Source: an uncultured Chloroflexia bacterium
GTDB lineage: Bacteria > Chloroflexota > Anaerolineae > JAAYZQ01
Direction of reading: 5' to 3'
Length of the DNA stretch: 64,000 nt
Assembly: GCA_963700285.1 (NCBI GenBank)
Contig: CAVOXA010000010.1
Coordinates: forward strand, 160,001 to 224,000
Each line of letters begins with the position of its first letter. Positions within the stretch are counted from its first letter, which is position 1. Of this stretch, positions 61,921 to 64,000 are shown piece by piece. Below the pieces are notes generated by a model that saw only the letters and a program-made list of their open reading frames with translations, ran no database searches and was not told the origin of the DNA. The translations under genes and the position numbers were made by a program.

Positions 61921-62123
61921 AACCTCCCGCAGGTTATCCATGGTGTGACTTGCCCTCGTCGTGAAACCTGGATAACCACAGGGCGGGCTCTACAACGACA
62001 AACCTGCGGGAGGTTCGGCCGCACGCTCAACCTCCCGCAGGTTCTCCACCGAGTAGCTTGCCCTGGTCGTGAAACCCTGGTTGCCACAGGGCAAGCTCTG
62101 TCACGACAAACCTGCGGGAGTTT
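61921..62123. repeat. two tandem 95-bp REPIN-like units (period 108)
   Basis: AACCTCCCGCAGGTT-65 nt-AACCTGCGGGAG(G/T)TT at 61921-62015 and 62029-62123, with related spacers. Confidence 0.85.
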
Positions 62124-62134
62124 CGGCGGGAGGG

Positions 62135-62163
62135 TTGACAAAAATGACAACTAGGCTTACAAT
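62135..62163 (+). promoter_or_regulatory. sigma70 promoter of the recombinase-like gene
   Basis: TTGACA-17 nt-TACAAT. Confidence 0.7.
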
Positions 62164-62202
62164 AACCGCTGCGTGCTATGCGAAGTGAAGGAGGAAAAGC
62201 CC

Positions 62203-63153
62203 ATGTCCATCGAACAACTGCCGCTCTTTCCGGGCAACGAGCCCCAAACGGTAACCCAGCGATCCGATCTGAGCGCCGATTCACCCCTCAGCACGGCCAT
62301 GGAGCGCTTCCGCAACCACATGGTCCAGCAGGACTATGCCGATAACACCATCAAATCTTTCCTGGGCGACCTGCGCATCCTTGGCCGCTATCTGAAACAG
62401 GATCTTGCTGTCGGCCAGATCAGCACCAAAAACCTGCTGGCCTACCTCCACTGGCTACAGCACGAACGGGGCAAGCCCTGCAGTCCCAAATCGTACGCCC
62501 GGCGGCTGACCACGCTCAAGGTGTTCTTTGCCTGGCTGGCTCGCCTGGAGGTCATACCGGCCGATCCTGCCGCTGCCCTGGTTCACAAACCGGTCCAGAC
62601 CCCACTGCCCCGCATCCTCTACGACCAGCAGGTGGAGGAGGTACTGGCCCTCACCCAGAGCATGAGGGCCGGCGACACAACTGCCGAAAAGCCCGATCCC
62701 CGGCCCCACCTGCTGGTCACCCTGCTGCTGCATACCGGCATCAAAAAGCAGGAATGCATGGACATCAAGCTGATCCACATTGACGCAGCCAACGTCGCCG
62801 GGCCAGCGGTCCAAATCCGCTACGAAAAACCGCGCATGCAGTACAAAGAAAGACGCCTGCGCCTACCCTCGGGCTGGCCCAGTACGCTGGCCGAATACCG
62901 CAAGGCCTACGAGCCCCAGGAGTACCTTTTTCCCTGCACAGCCCGGAACCTGGAATATGTGCTGACCGACGTCGGCAAGCAGGCCGGCCTGGGCGGCGGC
63001 CTGTCCTTCGAGATGCTGCGCTGGACCTGCGCCGTCCGCGACTACCAGGCCCGCATGGACCCCGATCGCCTGCGGCGCAAGATGGGGCTGTCGCAAATGA
63101 GCTGGAAAGAAACCGAACCCAAGATCATCCGCCTTGCAGAACCGGCACTGTGA
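62203..63153 (+). CDS. XerD-like tyrosine recombinase homologue with degenerate catalytic residues
   Basis: SAM-like domain (NTIKSF..DL, SPKSYARRLTTLKVFF.WL, DPA, LPRIL); box I LLHTGIKKQE and box II FEMLRWTCA. Confidence 0.82.
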   Translation: MSIEQLPLFPGNEPQTVTQRSDLSADSPLSTAMERFRNHMVQQDYADNTIKSFLGDLRILGRYLKQDLAVGQISTKNLLAYLHWLQHERGKPCSPKSYARRLTTLKVFFAWLARLEVIPADPAAALVHKPVQTPLPRILYDQQVEEVLALTQSMRAGDTTAEKPDPRPHLLVTLLLHTGIKKQECMDIKLIHIDAANVAGPAVQIRYEKPRMQYKERRLRLPSGWPSTLAEYRKAYEPQEYLFPCTARNLEYVLTDVGKQAGLGGGLSFEMLRWTCAVRDYQARMDPDRLRRKMGLSQMSWKETEPKIIRLAEPAL

Positions 63154-63157
63154 GCGC

Positions 63158-63191
63158 AACCTCCCGCAGGTTTCCGAACCTGCGGGAGGTT
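63158..63191. repeat. REP doublet left of RAYT
   Basis: AACCTCCCGCAGGTT-TCCG-AACCTGCGGGAGGTT. Confidence 0.9.
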
Positions 63192-63213
63192 CATCTGTCC
63201 AAGGAGGCCAACC

Positions 63214-63792
63214 ATGCCCTACCGTGGTGACGTATTCGCCCCAGACCACTACTACCACGTCTACAATCGGGCCGTGGACGGAGCCCTGCTCTTTTTCAAC
63301 CCCGGCAACTATGAGCACTGCTTGCGCCTCGTCAAACGCTACCAGGAAAAGTATGGCGCCGCCGTGATCGCCTATTGCCTCATGCCCAACCACTACCACT
63401 TTCTCCTCCGCCAGGAGACCGATGTCCCGCTCTCCAGGTTCATCAACGTGCTCTTTAATGCCTACGTGCAAGCCGTGAACCGGCAGCAGGGGCGCAAAGG
63501 AACGCTATTCGAGGGACGCTTCAAGCACATCTGGGTCGACCGTGAGGAGTACCTGGTCCACCTCTGTCGCTATATCCACCTCAACCCATTGAAGGCAGGT
63601 CTTGTGCCACGATTGGAGGACTGGGCCTACTCCAACTACCTGGAATGGCTCGGCCAGCGGGCCGGGACGCTAAAGGACGAGGCTTTCATCCACGATCGAT
63701 TCCCGACACCCGGGTCATACCAGCAGTTCGTGGCCGATTATGCCGGAGAGCTACAGGCCCGCGACCTTGTCGAAAAGTATCTCTGGGACTAG
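63214..63792 (+). CDS. rayT: REP-associated tyrosine (Y1 HUH) transposase
   Basis: YHVYNR, AYCLMPNHYH (HUH), G.LFEGRFK and RYIHLNP..AGLV...DW..S.Y; flanked by REP doublets. Confidence 0.9.
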   Translation: MPYRGDVFAPDHYYHVYNRAVDGALLFFNPGNYEHCLRLVKRYQEKYGAAVIAYCLMPNHYHFLLRQETDVPLSRFINVLFNAYVQAVNRQQGRKGTLFEGRFKHIWVDREEYLVHLCRYIHLNPLKAGLVPRLEDWAYSNYLEWLGQRAGTLKDEAFIHDRFPTPGSYQQFVADYAGELQARDLVEKYLWD

Positions 63793-63797
63793 CCCTC

Positions 63798-63832
63798 AAC
63801 CTCCCGCAGGTTTCGGAAACCTGCGGGAGGTT
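63798..63832. repeat. REP doublet right of RAYT
   Basis: AACCTCCCGCAGGTT-TCGGA-AACCTGCGGGAGGTT. Confidence 0.9.
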
Positions 63833-63853
63833 GGGCAGCACGAGGCACAGACT

Positions 63854-64000
63854 ATGAGAAACCAAACCCGATTGCTCCTCCTGGCTCTATTCTTCAGCCT
63901 GCTGGCCGTCCCTGCCCTGGCCCAATCCACAGCGCCGCCAGAGCCAACCCCGCCTCCGGCCATTATGGTCATCCAGCCCACGCCAGTCCCATCGCCCGCA
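63854..64000 (+). CDS. exported protein, 5' partial
   Basis: MRNQTRLLLLALFFSLLAVPALAQ signal peptide followed by a Pro-rich linker. Confidence 0.6.
   Translation, partial: MRNQTRLLLLALFFSLLAVPALAQSTAPPEPTPPPAIMVIQPTPVPSPA

Noticed and set aside
62044-62108. REPIN spacer read as an HDV-like ribozyme
   Set aside because: The topology is superficially similar, but there is no P1.1/P4, no J4/2 catalytic C and the L3 is too short.
61921-62123. Repeat-spacer pattern read as a CRISPR array
   Set aside because: The repeats alternate in orientation, the spacers are homologous to each other, there are no cas genes, and the same unit flanks a RAYT.
62203-63792. Integrase + transposase read as a prophage or integrative element boundary
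   Set aside because: The recombinase lacks catalytic residues, and no att repeat, tRNA or phage genes are visible.

Overview
GC-rich bacterial window, probably Chloroflexota (Anaerolineae-like). That assignment is inferred from the V/E/T-rich lipoprotein linker, the SARP-AAA-TPR regulator and the ACIII genes. Many single-base indels suggest an imperfectly polished long-read assembly. Left to right: (1) a partial SARP/BTAD-AAA-TPR regulator, a split transketolase, a TspO-like protein and an exported hydrolase. (2) A ~30 kb divergently transcribed catabolic locus (6.9-36.5 kb) with a xanthine-dehydrogenase-family Mo-hydroxylase, an orphan divergent Ftr-like formyltransferase, two paralogous MtaD/AtzB-type deaminases, GlcDF, pentose kinase/aldolase/dehydrogenases, two non-pyrrolysine MttB, an MtmB homologue with an oddly placed in-frame TAG, two corrinoid proteins, GntR, a sugar-type ABC transporter, a Thr-type sulfatase-like enzyme and a URO-D/MT2-like protein. 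(3) A truncated PIN toxin-antitoxin module, an S41 protease and a two-component system. (4) yceI followed by an alternative-complex-III/Qrc-like respiratory operon that runs straight into UbiA prenyltransferase, FAD oxidoreductase, methyltransferase and type III PKS genes. This is a candidate respiratory complex encoded with its own polyketide quinone pathway and is the top candidate for a new system. (5) A moxR-DUF58-batABCDE operon with heptamer-repeat hairpins in its spacers. (6) REP/REPIN elements, a catalytically degenerate tyrosine-recombinase homologue and a RAYT transposase.
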